A program made the translations under genes and the position numbers. Positions 48,761-58,332 of a stretch of DNA of 59,973 nt are shown piece by piece. A model generated the notes under the pieces. That model searched no databases, was not told where the DNA came from, and saw only the letters and a program-made list of their open reading frames with translations. Source of the DNA: a virus (taxonomy: Duplodnaviria; Caudoviricetes); IMG/VR virus record IMGVR_UViG_3300033153_006809, positions 1 to 59,973 of that record; one strand, given 5' to 3'. Position 1 is the stretch's first letter. Each line of letters opens with the position of its first letter.

Positions 48761-49603
48761 CTAGTAATTCATAATCAAAAGTTCTTCACTCTTGTTTTGT
48801 TTTACCCCTTTCCGTGCAGCAGCGGCTTTTGTAAATCCTTTAGTAATCCATATATATTTATCATCTGGAAACCAATTATTAAGTAGATCAAAATTATAAT
48901 AACTTAAACTAAATCTACCTTGAATACCTCGTAAAACATTAGCCAACCTTTCATGATCACTTCTATCAAAATCATGATTAGAATAGTAGTTTTCTGTCTT
49001 CCAGTATGGTGGATCTAAGTAAAAATATGAAGTTGGTGAATCATATTTTTTAATTAGTTCTTCAAAATCCATATTCTCAACATTTGTAATTCTATCAAAA
49101 TGATATCTATATGCTGGTTTCTTTAGCTTATCCATGAATGTTAAGAACTTACATTTATACTTGCCTTTATAGTCCATATACTTAGCTTTTTCAGGCTTAG
49201 ACCCAGAAAATATTTGGGTTAAAACATATAGATATTTCTTAGTTATATCAAATTTGTTTTCTTCTGTTATAACCAATTCTTTAGAAAATATTTCTTGTTG
49301 ATATATATAGAACTTATCTTTTAGTTCTTGTGGCGTATTTACCACATCGCGTTGCTGGAATGACTCACTATTTAAAATATCCCATAGCTTATCATACTCT
49401 GTAACACACTCAAAAAGGTTTGCATTTAATCTATTAAAATCATTATATACAATGTTTTCAAGATAAAAATATGGTGATAAATCCATATTGTAAAATACCC
49501 AAAACATTCCACCAAAAGGTTCAACGTATGTTTTTATATTTTTTGGAATATAATCTCTTATCCACTTACCTATTCTTGATTTACCACCAATATAACTGAT
49601 CAC
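48761..49603 (-). CDS. D12-class N6-adenine DNA methyltransferase (Dam-like)
   Basis: YIGGKS, YVEPFGG, YND, YLDPPY, ELLIMNY. Confidence 0.92.
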   Translation of the reverse strand: MISYIGGKSRIGKWIRDYIPKNIKTYVEPFGGMFWVFYNMDLSPYFYLENIVYNDFNRLNANLFECVTEYDKLWDILNSESFQQRDVVNTPQELKDKFYIYQQEIFSKELVITEENKFDITKKYLYVLTQIFSGSKPEKAKYMDYKGKYKCKFLTFMDKLKKPAYRYHFDRITNVENMDFEELIKKYDSPTSYFYLDPPYWKTENYYSNHDFDRSDHERLANVLRGIQGRFSLSYYNFDLLNNWFPDDKYIWITKGFTKAAAARKGVKQNKSEELLIMNY

Positions 49604-49629
49604 TTATTATACCTCACTTTCCACAATTT

Positions 49630-49926
49630 TTAAAATCTTCTTCTTATATCCATTTCAGTTAACACTTTTTCTAACAATTCTACATAACTATGAACCTCAA
49701 CTATATACTGGTTATTCATTGGATCTTTTCGCTGTTTAACAATATGTTTATCCATTAATTTATTGATTTCAGCAAGTTGTTTTTTCAGTTGTTTTACTTG
49801 ACTATTATAATCTTTTATCATATCCTTCCGCATGGTTTTTTTCTTCTTACCAGCTTCAAGATATTTGGCATACTTACCTTCATCAATATCAGATTCTATA
49901 ATGTATTTCTTATACTTGTCTTTCAT
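49630..49926 (-). CDS. Hypothetical protein
   Basis: GGAG SD before MKDKYKKYIIE at 49926. Confidence 0.6.
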   Translation of the reverse strand: MKDKYKKYIIESDIDEGKYAKYLEAGKKKKTMRKDMIKDYNSQVKQLKKQLAEINKLMDKHIVKQRKDPMNNQYIVEVHSYVELLEKVLTEMDIRRRF

Positions 49927-50089
49927 AATAACTCCATTTCTTCCTCTTTGAATGAATATAACAAGTTTGGCCAAAACTTATTGTCCAGAATAACAGCATA
50001 AAGATTATAACCAAAACCATCTATAATCCATTTTATATATCCATTATATGAACAATTTACTATTTTAACCTTATCCCCAACTTTAAACA

Positions 50090-50362
50090 TTATCCATCTC
50101 CATCTAATTCAGCAATACGAGGGTTTTCGCCATTTTTCTTCATTTGTTTATATTTATCAAAGTATTTAGATCTATTACCATCCCAATCTACCATATCTTT
50201 TTTATTATCATAAACTAACTTAAAATTTGGTGGTGATTGTGGGCATAATTTTTTTAAATCACCACTACCACATTTTTTACATTTAGGTATATCATCAGAA
50301 TGTATTACAAAAAATTCAAAACTATATTTACAAGTATTGCATAAAAAATCGTGAATTGGCAT
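50090..50362 (-). CDS. FmdB-family zinc-ribbon protein
   Basis: MPIHDFLCNTC..FE...CKKCGS. Confidence 0.8.
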   Translation of the reverse strand: MPIHDFLCNTCKYSFEFFVIHSDDIPKCKKCGSGDLKKLCPQSPPNFKLVYDNKKDMVDWDGNRSKYFDKYKQMKKNGENPRIAELDGDG

Positions 50363-50595
50363 TAATCAATCTCCTTTTGAACAACTTTTAAAACATCAAA
50401 AGCTATCTTTATATCACTATCTTTTTCTGATTCTGATAGATCAATATATTGTGTTTTTATTTGTCGCTTCCATCTATCAACTTTATCTTTTGGAATAACA
50501 ACACATCCATCATTTCTTTCTTCACATGTAGAAAATAAATAGTCCATCCAATGTGACCATATTTTATGTTGAGCATCGGCTATTTTTTCAATCAC
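50362..50595 (-). CDS. Hypothetical phage protein
   Basis: H..WSHW..Y...RW.RQ..T.Y.DLSE.EK.SD. Confidence 0.65.
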   Translation of the reverse strand: MIEKIADAQHKIWSHWMDYLFSTCEERNDGCVVIPKDKVDRWKRQIKTQYIDLSESEKDSDIKIAFDVLKVVQKEID

Positions 50596-50784
50596 TTATT
50601 CTTTCTCCTTTTTGCTATATCCTTCACTATACCAGCCACCGCCTTTAAGTATAAATGTAGATTGTGATATTATTTTTTCCATTTTAGTACCACATTTAGA
50701 GCATACCACATCCTCTTCGGAACCAATAATAAGGTATTCGATTTCTTTACCACATCCATTACATCTATATTCTCTAATAGGCAT
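50596..50784 (-). CDS. FmdB-family zinc-ribbon protein
   Basis: MPIREYRCNGCG...CSKCG..MEKIIS..F.LKGGGWY. Confidence 0.88.
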   Translation of the reverse strand: MPIREYRCNGCGKEIEYLIIGSEEDVVCSKCGTKMEKIISQSTFILKGGGWYSEGYSKKEKE

Positions 50785-50799
50785 TTCAATTATTCCATT

Positions 50800-51024
50800 T
50801 TATCTTGATCCAAGATTTTTCATAAACACTCGTTCTACATCTTTTATAACACTATGCATGTTTGAATCTTCAAGCAATCTTAAACAAAAAGCATATACAT
50901 CAACATCTCCCCATTCACAAGCTGCACTAACCTTCGATACAAGACTTGTAGCTTTTGGATTAAGAGTACCACTACTCATAAGATCTATTTTTCCTTCATC
51001 TAAATATTTTTCTATTTTTCCCAT
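50800..51024 (-). CDS. Small protein with KIEKYLDE N-terminus
   Basis: AAGGAG SD. Confidence 0.65.
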   Translation of the reverse strand: MGKIEKYLDEGKIDLMSSGTLNPKATSLVSKVSAACEWGDVDVYAFCLRLLEDSNMHSVIKDVERVFMKNLGSR

Positions 51025-51030
51025 TTAATT

Positions 51031-51243
51031 TCACTCCTTATTTAATGATTTATGTAGTTCTTTTAATGTTGAAAACCAATATTCTCCATCAACTTTTATC
51101 ATATCATCTAATGATATTCTTCTATTACTAGATATCATATATGCTCCTTTCTTTTTGAATACATATAATCTATCATATTCTTTATACCCTTCTATTACTC
51201 TAACCTTTCCATATACACTTTTTACAAGCTTTGATTTAATCAT
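51031..51243 (-). CDS. Hypothetical protein
   Basis: ATGA overlap. Confidence 0.55.
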   Translation of the reverse strand: MIKSKLVKSVYGKVRVIEGYKEYDRLYVFKKKGAYMISSNRRISLDDMIKVDGEYWFSTLKELHKSLNKE

Positions 51244-52082
51244 TTTATTCCTTTCAAAAAAAAGTCTATAGAATTTATCAAAACAGATATACTTGTATCA
51301 TCATCAGATGGTATAACAGAACATTTATCATTATTAAAATTAAGTATACCATCTGCTCTATATTGACTAGGGTTTCCTCCCCAGCTAAAAACAGGTATTT
51401 TTTGTAAATTACACAATGATGTCCAATAGCTTGAAGGACAAACAACACACTTAGATTCTAATATATAACATAAAATATATTTCCAACCATTCTCAAAATA
51501 ATCTGGAAATTTTAGTATTACATTATCACTAGAAAACCATGAATCCATATTTCCAACAACTATAACATCATCTTTATAGTTGTCTTGTAGATATTTTAAT
51601 ATCATTCCTAACTTATTTATATTTTCATTTCTATCAGGTATAAAAACTATCTTGTTTTTATGCTTTGATAAAACACGAACATCATTTGGCTTTACTATTT
51701 TATTAAATACTTTATTATAATAAGGATAATTACTTAAATTTTTACTATAATTTAAGTAATATATTTCAACATTGCTTTTATTACAATTTTCTATATCTAT
51801 TATTTTCTCTTTAAACTTTTTGACTAGCAGCATGAAATCTTTTTTAGATAAATCTTCATGCATATATCCATTTTGACCAAGTTCATTTCTAGAAAATGTT
51901 TCATACACAGGAATTATATTTTCATCTGGTACAAAATCATAAAGAAATCGTCTATTCATATGTGTATTTAAATATAAATTATCATAACTTATAATTTTAG
52001 ATAACCATTTAACATATGGTCTAAAGGTCAATAATTCTTGTTCAAAATCACCAACATATGGTCCTATTCCAATAATTTTCAT
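51240..52082 (-). CDS. GT9-like (GT-B) protein
   Basis: GD...L.FRP..K.L N-terminus; VVCPSSYWTSLCNLQKIPVFSWG. Confidence 0.5.
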   Translation of the reverse strand: MKIIGIGPYVGDFEQELLTFRPYVKWLSKIISYDNLYLNTHMNRRFLYDFVPDENIIPVYETFSRNELGQNGYMHEDLSKKDFMLLVKKFKEKIIDIENCNKSNVEIYYLNYSKNLSNYPYYNKVFNKIVKPNDVRVLSKHKNKIVFIPDRNENINKLGMILKYLQDNYKDDVIVVGNMDSWFSSDNVILKFPDYFENGWKYILCYILESKCVVCPSSYWTSLCNLQKIPVFSWGGNPSQYRADGILNFNNDKCSVIPSDDDTSISVLINSIDFFLKGIK

Positions 52083-52085
52083 ATT

Positions 52086-52559
52086 TTATCTGCTAGATAT
52101 TATAACATTACCACGCCAATATTCTAGAATATCATCCTTTTCATTAAAAATATCTTCATTTATATCTATAACTTCAACATTTTTTAACAAATCTTCAAAA
52201 ATATCATCTTGTAAATAATACATACGATTAATAGAATCAAAGTAATTAAAATTCACTAAAATCTTATTATTTTTTCTAAAAAACGAAACCATATTAGTAT
52301 CAATAATATTAGATACATAATACTTTTTGCTTGTTCCCCTTAAAATAAAGTTATAAATTTTTATGTTATTTTCTATAACGAATCTGTTTGTTTTTGGAAA
52401 CAAACTCAAAACCTTTTTTACTTTTTTTTCAGTTGGTTCATTGAAATTTAATTTTATCAAATGAACTCTTGGTATTTGTTGTAAATCTTTATTATATAAA
52501 TTATTTTCATTTAATTCTATATAATCTGTTCCAACAGAAGTAATTATCATATTTTCCAT
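52086..52559 (-). CDS. Hypothetical protein
   Basis: ORF track. Confidence 0.65.
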   Translation of the reverse strand: MENMIITSVGTDYIELNENNLYNKDLQQIPRVHLIKLNFNEPTEKKVKKVLSLFPKTNRFVIENNIKIYNFILRGTSKKYYVSNIIDTNMVSFFRKNNKILVNFNYFDSINRMYYLQDDIFEDLLKNVEVIDINEDIFNEKDDILEYWRGNVIISSR

Positions 52560-52567
52560 CCCCCACT

Positions 52568-53659
52568 TTAAAACAAGTTATTTATTTTTAATTTAACTAA
52601 TGCACTAGAGTACTCATATGAATTATCAATAATCATATTATAGATATTAATATTATAAGCAGTCCTGATGTTATTTATATCTTTATAGTCTTTATATTTC
52701 TTTGGGAAAAGAAAATATTTTACTCTATTAGCATATTTGTTTTTAAGTGTTTCTTTCTTTCTCTTTGTATAACCTAACATAAATTTTTTCAACGAATTAT
52801 ATCCTGCTTTATCATTATCTAAAGCAATAATAACTCCCCTATCAGTCAAAGAAATTAGTTCTTTAAGAAATTCCTCTGTGATATTGGTTCCAAATGAACA
52901 TGTTCCTTGATTACCAATTGTGTATGCATCAATGACACCCTCTGTAACAATAATATATTTTTCTCTATCAAATTTTTCTCTATTGAGGATTATTCCACCT
53001 TTTGTTAATGTTGGGTTTTTATATTTTGGTAATATATCAAATCCAGGAACTCTTCTAGCTTGAAAATATACTATATGTTTATATTCATCATATATAGGAA
53101 TAATAAATCTGCCTTTATAATCGCCTTTATATGCGATAAAAATATCAAAATCTTTATCAATTTTTCTGTCTCTATAAAATTGTTTTAATAAATTTAAATA
53201 TGATGAATAGAACACTGTGGACACTGGTTCTATATTTAAACCAATACAATCATCTAACAACCAATCATGGTTTTCATGTTCAATTTCTTTTATAACTTTA
53301 TCTTTTTTTCTTTTAGATAGTTTCTGAATTAAATAATCTGAATCAAAACCAAATAATTCTTTCTTTGCTTCATTTATTGTTAAACCTTCAAATCTACAAA
53401 ATAATTCCAAAAAAGAACCCGATTCGCCACAGTTAAAACAATGCCAAATCGGGTTCCCATTATTATAATCTAAATTAAATCTTCTTTTTGCTTTACTCTT
53501 ATTACTATCACCACATAGAGAACAACGAGCAAGAAAATGCGATCCATTAGAGGAAGAACTAACCTTCTCAAAATGCCTATATACAAATTCATTAACAAAT
53601 TGTAAATCTATCATTTTATCACAAGTTATTTCATGCCTCTTCCCATTCGTAACAATCAA
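52568..53659 (-). CDS. DNA primase gp61-like
   Basis: RCSLCGDS...HCFNCG zinc finger; IIP, FQAR, KY.N, TEGVIDA, ALDNDKAG, KDIN. Confidence 0.92.
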   Translation of the reverse strand: MIVTNGKRHEITCDKMIDLQFVNEFVYRHFEKVSSSSNGSHFLARCSLCGDSNKSKAKRRFNLDYNNGNPIWHCFNCGESGSFLELFCRFEGLTINEAKKELFGFDSDYLIQKLSKRKKDKVIKEIEHENHDWLLDDCIGLNIEPVSTVFYSSYLNLLKQFYRDRKIDKDFDIFIAYKGDYKGRFIIPIYDEYKHIVYFQARRVPGFDILPKYKNPTLTKGGIILNREKFDREKYIIVTEGVIDAYTIGNQGTCSFGTNITEEFLKELISLTDRGVIIALDNDKAGYNSLKKFMLGYTKRKKETLKNKYANRVKYFLFPKKYKDYKDINNIRTAYNINIYNMIIDNSYEYSSALVKLKINNLF

Positions 53660-53813
53660 AATCTATAGGCACATATATCAATGATTTTTTACTCTTTTCA
53701 CTAAAATATTTTTTTTTACAATACACCAGTCCATTTTTAGTCTTACAATTTACACACTCTATACATAAGAAGTGTTTATTTTTGTTGGAATTTAGATAAA
53801 TATTTTGCACCAT
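53631..53813 (-). CDS. Small Cys-rich protein
   Basis: CIECVNC...C...C. Confidence 0.5.
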   Translation of the reverse strand: MVQNIYLNSNKNKHFLCIECVNCKTKNGLVYCKKKYFSEKSKKSLIYVPIDFDCYEWEEA

Positions 53814-54132
53814 CTTCCTCTATCTTTTTCCTTGTTGCTGGTTTAAACAATTTAAAGAATTTTTTTAATTCTTCTTCACTATCTTGCTCAACTCCAAATA
53901 TTTGCGACATCATAACAGCAACTTCAAAATTATCCATGCCCTTTTCTAACTTTTTTACTTCTGCAAATACTTTATCCATGGCTCTTTTTAATGTATTTGA
54001 TACAGCTTGTCTTGTTATTCCTACTTCTTTAGCTATTTGAGATCCAGTCATTGGATTAGATGTTTGTTCAAATAACATATCCATAGTCATTTCTTCAATT
54101 TCAGATTCTTTAAAATGTTTTCTTATACTCAT
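53776..54132 (-). CDS. HTH protein (sigma70 region 4-like)
   Basis: MTGSQIAKEVGITRQAVSNTLKRA. Confidence 0.75.
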   Translation of the reverse strand: MSIRKHFKESEIEEMTMDMLFEQTSNPMTGSQIAKEVGITRQAVSNTLKRAMDKVFAEVKKLEKGMDNFEVAVMMSQIFGVEQDSEEELKKFFKLFKPATRKKIEEDGAKYLSKFQQK

Positions 54133-54156
54133 TTTTATCCCCTCTTTCTTTAATAT

Positions 54157-56397
54157 TTATGAACATCGGCTGTGGCCACAAGCTGAACAACTAAAACACC
54201 CTTCTACTGCAGTCATTGAATTTCCACATTTCTCACATAATTCACTAGATAATTCACCTTCATATACAACACCAGAATAATATTTTGATAAAAGCTTAGC
54301 AATACCATCTGGAATACTCAAAATTTGTGTTGGTCTTTTATCAGTTTCTTCAAATTTATGCCACGCTATTTTATCACTATTTATATTTATTAATGTTTTA
54401 ATAATATCTTCTACTGGAACACCTCTTTGTAATGCTATAGATATTGATCTACCTAATGCCTCTGTCAACGTATTTAATATTTGACCACTTTTACCTATAT
54501 TCATAAAAATTTCAAGTGGTTTTCTTTTATGTTCTGAAATAGTTACATACATTTTTCCATTACCAGTTTCAACAGTATATGTTTTTGAATCCATTACATT
54601 CGGCCTTTTAAACTCTATAGATTCCTCAACAGATGAAAATGTTACTGGTTGATTTTGTTTTGAGCCATCACGGTATATTGTTATACCTTTCAACCCCTTT
54701 TTATATGCATATAAATATATTTCTGATATTTCTTCTTTTGTGGTTTCTCTAGATAAGTTTATTGTACTAGAAATCGCATTACTCGTATGTTTTTGAATTT
54801 CAGATTGCATATCTATACGATCACGATATTTTATATCATGTGCTGTAACAAATACTTCTCTTACATCTTTAGGTATTCCACGAATTCCTTTTAAAGAACC
54901 ACCATTCTTAAATATTCTTTCAATTAAATTATCCGTAAACCAATCTTCATTTTTATACTTTTCATAAAATATAGAATTGGCAACCATCATCTTTTCGCCA
55001 GAAATTAAATTCTTTTGAAATACAAGACCAAAAGATGGTTCCATACCATATGAAGAATCACAAGATAATGCAGTTGTGCCCGTTGGCATACAAGTAGTAA
55101 ATTGTATATTTCTAACACCATTTTCTTTTACTAACTCCATAACTTCTTTTGTATATGGTGACATGTTAGAATTATTTAATCCTATATGAGATGCAATTAT
55201 TTCTTCCATTTTTTCTTTATGCGTATCATAATTATGATATGGGCCTCGCTCTTTTGATACCAGAGCACTCTTATGAATACATGCAGTTGTTATTATTCTC
55301 ATAACTTTTCCAGCAAATTTTCTACCCTCTGCCCCATCATATCTATATCCAAGTTCAAAAAGTGAATCAGCCAGGCTCATAATACCAATACCAACTGGTC
55401 TATATTTAATAGAATTTTCTTTAAATTTTTCATCTGGATAATCCATTATATCTATAACATTATCCATCAGTTTCATGACATTAAATGCACACTCATATAA
55501 ACCATCCCAATCATATTCACCATTTTTTATAAATTTATATACATTAATAGCTGATAAATTACAACAATTATTGGGTATTAAAAATTGTTCACCACAAGGA
55601 TTGCTTGTTTCTATAAGAATTTCAGATGATAGTGGATTATATTTATTAACTGTATCAATAAAAAATATACCAGGATCGGCTGTTTTCCATGACATTAGTG
55701 ATATCATATCCCATATTTCTTGAGGATTTATTTCACTAATTTTTTTACCATCATAAGGTGTTATTAAATCAAATGGTATGTTGTTTTCTAAAGATTCTAT
55801 AAACTTATCTGTAACAGAAACAGATATATTCATATTTGATAACCTACCATCTTCTTCTTTACATCTTATAAACTCAAATATATCTGGATGCCATATAGGC
55901 ATTGAACAAAGAATAGCAGCTCTTCTAACTCTACCACCACTTTTTGTTGTTTCCCCAACAGCATCAAATAACTTCATAAATGTTATTGGCCCACTACTTT
56001 TTCCTCTTGGAAGCATATCTGTATTGTTTTCATATATCCATGATTCTTGTTCTCTTAAATTTCCTATTGGTATACCAATACCAGCACCATGTTGAAAAAT
56101 TTTACGAGCTGTATTAGCCACATCATATATTGAATTCATTGAATCTTGAAGACCAGTTACAAAACAACCAGAAAATATTTTATGATTAGTTCCAGCATTA
56201 AGCCATGTAGGTGTATTAGGCCGCCAATATCCTTTTGATAATAAATCAAACGCCATATCAAAATCTTTATCTTCTACTACAAATTCCTTCGCTACTCTTT
56301 TAAATGCATCTTTTATAGATTCATCTTGAAAACAATAAAGATCGTTAAATATTTTTATTGCATTCTCACTTAAACCATAATTATTATTTTCTTTCAT
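54157..56397 (-). CDS. nrdJ: Class II (B12-dependent) ribonucleotide reductase with TSCPD-like C-terminus
   Basis: PNTPT, SGCFV, GGRVRRAA, NPCGE, CNL, PTGT, YRDGS; TGNGKMYV...EIF; terminal Zn ribbon. Confidence 0.92.
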   Translation of the reverse strand: MKENNNYGLSENAIKIFNDLYCFQDESIKDAFKRVAKEFVVEDKDFDMAFDLLSKGYWRPNTPTWLNAGTNHKIFSGCFVTGLQDSMNSIYDVANTARKIFQHGAGIGIPIGNLREQESWIYENNTDMLPRGKSSGPITFMKLFDAVGETTKSGGRVRRAAILCSMPIWHPDIFEFIRCKEEDGRLSNMNISVSVTDKFIESLENNIPFDLITPYDGKKISEINPQEIWDMISLMSWKTADPGIFFIDTVNKYNPLSSEILIETSNPCGEQFLIPNNCCNLSAINVYKFIKNGEYDWDGLYECAFNVMKLMDNVIDIMDYPDEKFKENSIKYRPVGIGIMSLADSLFELGYRYDGAEGRKFAGKVMRIITTACIHKSALVSKERGPYHNYDTHKEKMEEIIASHIGLNNSNMSPYTKEVMELVKENGVRNIQFTTCMPTGTTALSCDSSYGMEPSFGLVFQKNLISGEKMMVANSIFYEKYKNEDWFTDNLIERIFKNGGSLKGIRGIPKDVREVFVTAHDIKYRDRIDMQSEIQKHTSNAISSTINLSRETTKEEISEIYLYAYKKGLKGITIYRDGSKQNQPVTFSSVEESIEFKRPNVMDSKTYTVETGNGKMYVTISEHKRKPLEIFMNIGKSGQILNTLTEALGRSISIALQRGVPVEDIIKTLININSDKIAWHKFEETDKRPTQILSIPDGIAKLLSKYYSGVVYEGELSSELCEKCGNSMTAVEGCFSCSACGHSRCS

Positions 56398-56400
56398 ATA

Positions 56401-56856
56401 TTATTTAACCTCATTAGTCATTTTTATACTTACAATTTCTCCATGAATACCATATCTAATTGAACAACGTGGACAATAGAAATAATCTTGTTTATATTCA
56501 ATCATTTTTGTATTACTACCCAATAGTGGTGGTCCATATAGAGATATGTTTTCAACTTTAAAACATATCTCTATGTTACTTTTACAATTTGAACATGATA
56601 TTGTATTTTTCTCTGTTCTTCCTCTATATCTTTCTAATTTTTCTTCATATAATATTTCTTCCTCTACACTCCTTAATCGCCTTATAAGCATTTCTTGTTC
56701 ATATTTTCGTTCTTCTATTTTATATTGTTCTTCTAGTTTGTTTATATTATATGCTTCATAAGTTTTTTCAAAGTCATTCTTTTCTTCAGTTATATCTTCG
56801 GTTATATCTTCAGTTATATTGAAATTATCTACAATCTTTTCTATATCATCTAACAT
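56401..56856 (-). CDS. Zinc-ribbon hypothetical protein
   Basis: CSNC...CPRC. Confidence 0.6.
   Translation of the reverse strand: MLDDIEKIVDNFNITEDITEDITEEKNDFEKTYEAYNINKLEEQYKIEERKYEQEMLIRRLRSVEEEILYEEKLERYRGRTEKNTISCSNCKSNIEICFKVENISLYGPPLLGSNTKMIEYKQDYFYCPRCSIRYGIHGEIVSIKMTNEVK
56783..56818. repeat. In-frame 12-bp tandem repeat x3
   Basis: TCTTC(A/G)GTTATA three times, encoding ITED repeats. Confidence 0.8.
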
Positions 56857-56867
56857 ATTATACCTCT

Positions 56868-57116
56868 CTACTCAATATACAATCTAGCTTTTACAGCATC
56901 CAACTGTGAATCATAACAATGTAATTTCAAGCATGAAAAAGATAGTGATCCCATTTCTATTTCCAATGAATCAGAAATATACTCACCTAACATAGTAATA
57001 CCACCCATATTTTCTGGAAACCCAGCAAATAAATCCCATGATCTAAAAGTCACTGACATATGTAATTTATTATCTTTTATATGAGTATCTATACCTCTGA
57101 GACATGGACTAGTCAT
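56868..57116 (-). CDS. thyA: Thymidylate synthase, C-terminal part
   Basis: SPCL catalytic Cys, FRSWD..AGFPEN, LHCY. Confidence 0.85.
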   Translation of the reverse strand: MTSPCLRGIDTHIKDNKLHMSVTFRSWDLFAGFPENMGGITMLGEYISDSLEIEMGSLSFSCLKLHCYDSQLDAVKARLYIE

Positions 57117-57124
57117 GGACTAGT
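57103..57124. repeat. Perfect 11-bp tandem duplication splitting thyA
   Basis: CATGGACTAGT CATGGACTAGT. Confidence 0.95.
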
Positions 57125-57655
57125 CTGTCTTTCTGATTCATCTTTCCAAGGTATATCATATGCAAAAGAACTTTCTGGATATCCAACTTGTATATAACAA
57201 TGGTTATTCCCAAATCCTTTTTCTTTATAATGTTTGATGATCCATTCCACTTGGTTTGGGACATGAATTAATAAATCACCATGATCAAAAGATCTGTCAT
57301 AATCTCTTTTCCATTTAAAATAGGGTAAAGTATATTCACCACCAGAAATAAATGTAGCATATCTATAATGTTCATTTTTAGCAAGATTATGACCATCCAT
57401 TATATAATTAGTAAAGTATTTTTCTATTTCATCATCTGTCGTAACTGGCGGGACACCTTCTGGCATTATAGGTGTAAGTGGTCTTATGGTAGGGTTATAT
57501 ATTGTACCAGCGGCAAAATCAAATTCCAAGCGTGATGATCCAGCAAAACTACCATAATCTATTGGATTCTTTCTTCCATGTTTATATAATTCGCTAAGTA
57601 GCTGAAAATAAACATCATCAATTGTATATCCTTCTACAAAACAACTTTTACTCAT
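57113..57655 (-). CDS. thyA: Thymidylate synthase, N-terminal part
   Basis: Y.YA..I...NQVEWII; ends RQTSP, continuous with TSPC of the next ORF once the duplication is removed. Confidence 0.8.
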   Translation of the reverse strand: MSKSCFVEGYTIDDVYFQLLSELYKHGRKNPIDYGSFAGSSRLEFDFAAGTIYNPTIRPLTPIMPEGVPPVTTDDEIEKYFTNYIMDGHNLAKNEHYRYATFISGGEYTLPYFKWKRDYDRSFDHGDLLIHVPNQVEWIIKHYKEKGFGNNHCYIQVGYPESSFAYDIPWKDESERQTSP

Positions 57656-57858
57656 AGTTTATATACCACATCCCTACCATTTTCATCAATTTTTTCTACA
57701 GAACATCCTTTATATATTTCTGGAACTCCTTTCAACATTCTAATAGCATCATCTATATTATCAAATATATCACAATCACCATATCCATAAGGCAGTTGAT
57801 ACTCTTTCTCAAACACATTTCTTTCACTAATATTAATTATTACGAATCTTGGAATCAT
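57652..57858 (-). CDS. Hypothetical protein
   Basis: ORF track. Confidence 0.55.
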   Translation of the reverse strand: MIPRFVIINISERNVFEKEYQLPYGYGDCDIFDNIDDAIRMLKGVPEIYKGCSVEKIDENGRDVVYKL

Positions 57859-58126
57859 TTAACACTCTCCTTTCTTTCAACAACTTAACTATCACATCTC
57901 CGTGACATTTTTTAGGTTCACAAAAACACCCAAGCACTTCATTTTCAAGCTTAGGCAACTCAGCCATTAATATCGGGTTCGATATTATATATCTTTCATA
58001 TTTTTCTATTACTTCATTTCTATCACCATCAACACCTATTATATAAGGATTTCCCCATATAGTTCCTCTATGTATTGGTATATATTCACCATCATAGTTC
58101 CTTATATTTACCACTTTTGTTTTCAT
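57833..58126 (-). CDS. DUF4326-family protein
   Basis: RGTIWGNPY..G.DG.R.EVI.KY...LGCFC.P..CHGD. Confidence 0.88.
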   Translation of the reverse strand: MKTKVVNIRNYDGEYIPIHRGTIWGNPYIIGVDGDRNEVIEKYERYIISNPILMAELPKLENEVLGCFCEPKKCHGDVIVKLLKERRVLNDSKIRNN

Positions 58127-58332
58127 ACATCTTCACCACATTTGGCACAATATTCCCAACCAGCATCTATATATTCACCACATTTATCACACTTCAAGCC
58201 TACCCTCTCTTTCATCCATTTATCATAACCTAAAGCTAATAGCTTTAGTGTATCATTAACATCTTTAAACTCCGATTTTACTGTTATTGTATCGGTTCCA
58301 TGATGATATTCAATTAAAACTTTCACACTCAT
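58123..58332 (-). CDS. Zinc-ribbon protein
   Basis: CDKCG...YCAKCG. Confidence 0.65.
   Translation of the reverse strand: MSVKVLIEYHHGTDTITVKSEFKDVNDTLKLLALGYDKWMKERVGLKCDKCGEYIDAGWEYCAKCGEDV

Noticed and set aside
54157-56397. Intein or intron in RNR (also checked UvsX and primase)
   Set aside because: Lengths are normal, motifs contiguous, no splice-junction signatures seen
56868-57655. dCMP hydroxymethylase, or an intron in thyA
   Set aside because: Specificity residue is Asn, not Asp; no intervening sequence, only an 11-bp duplication
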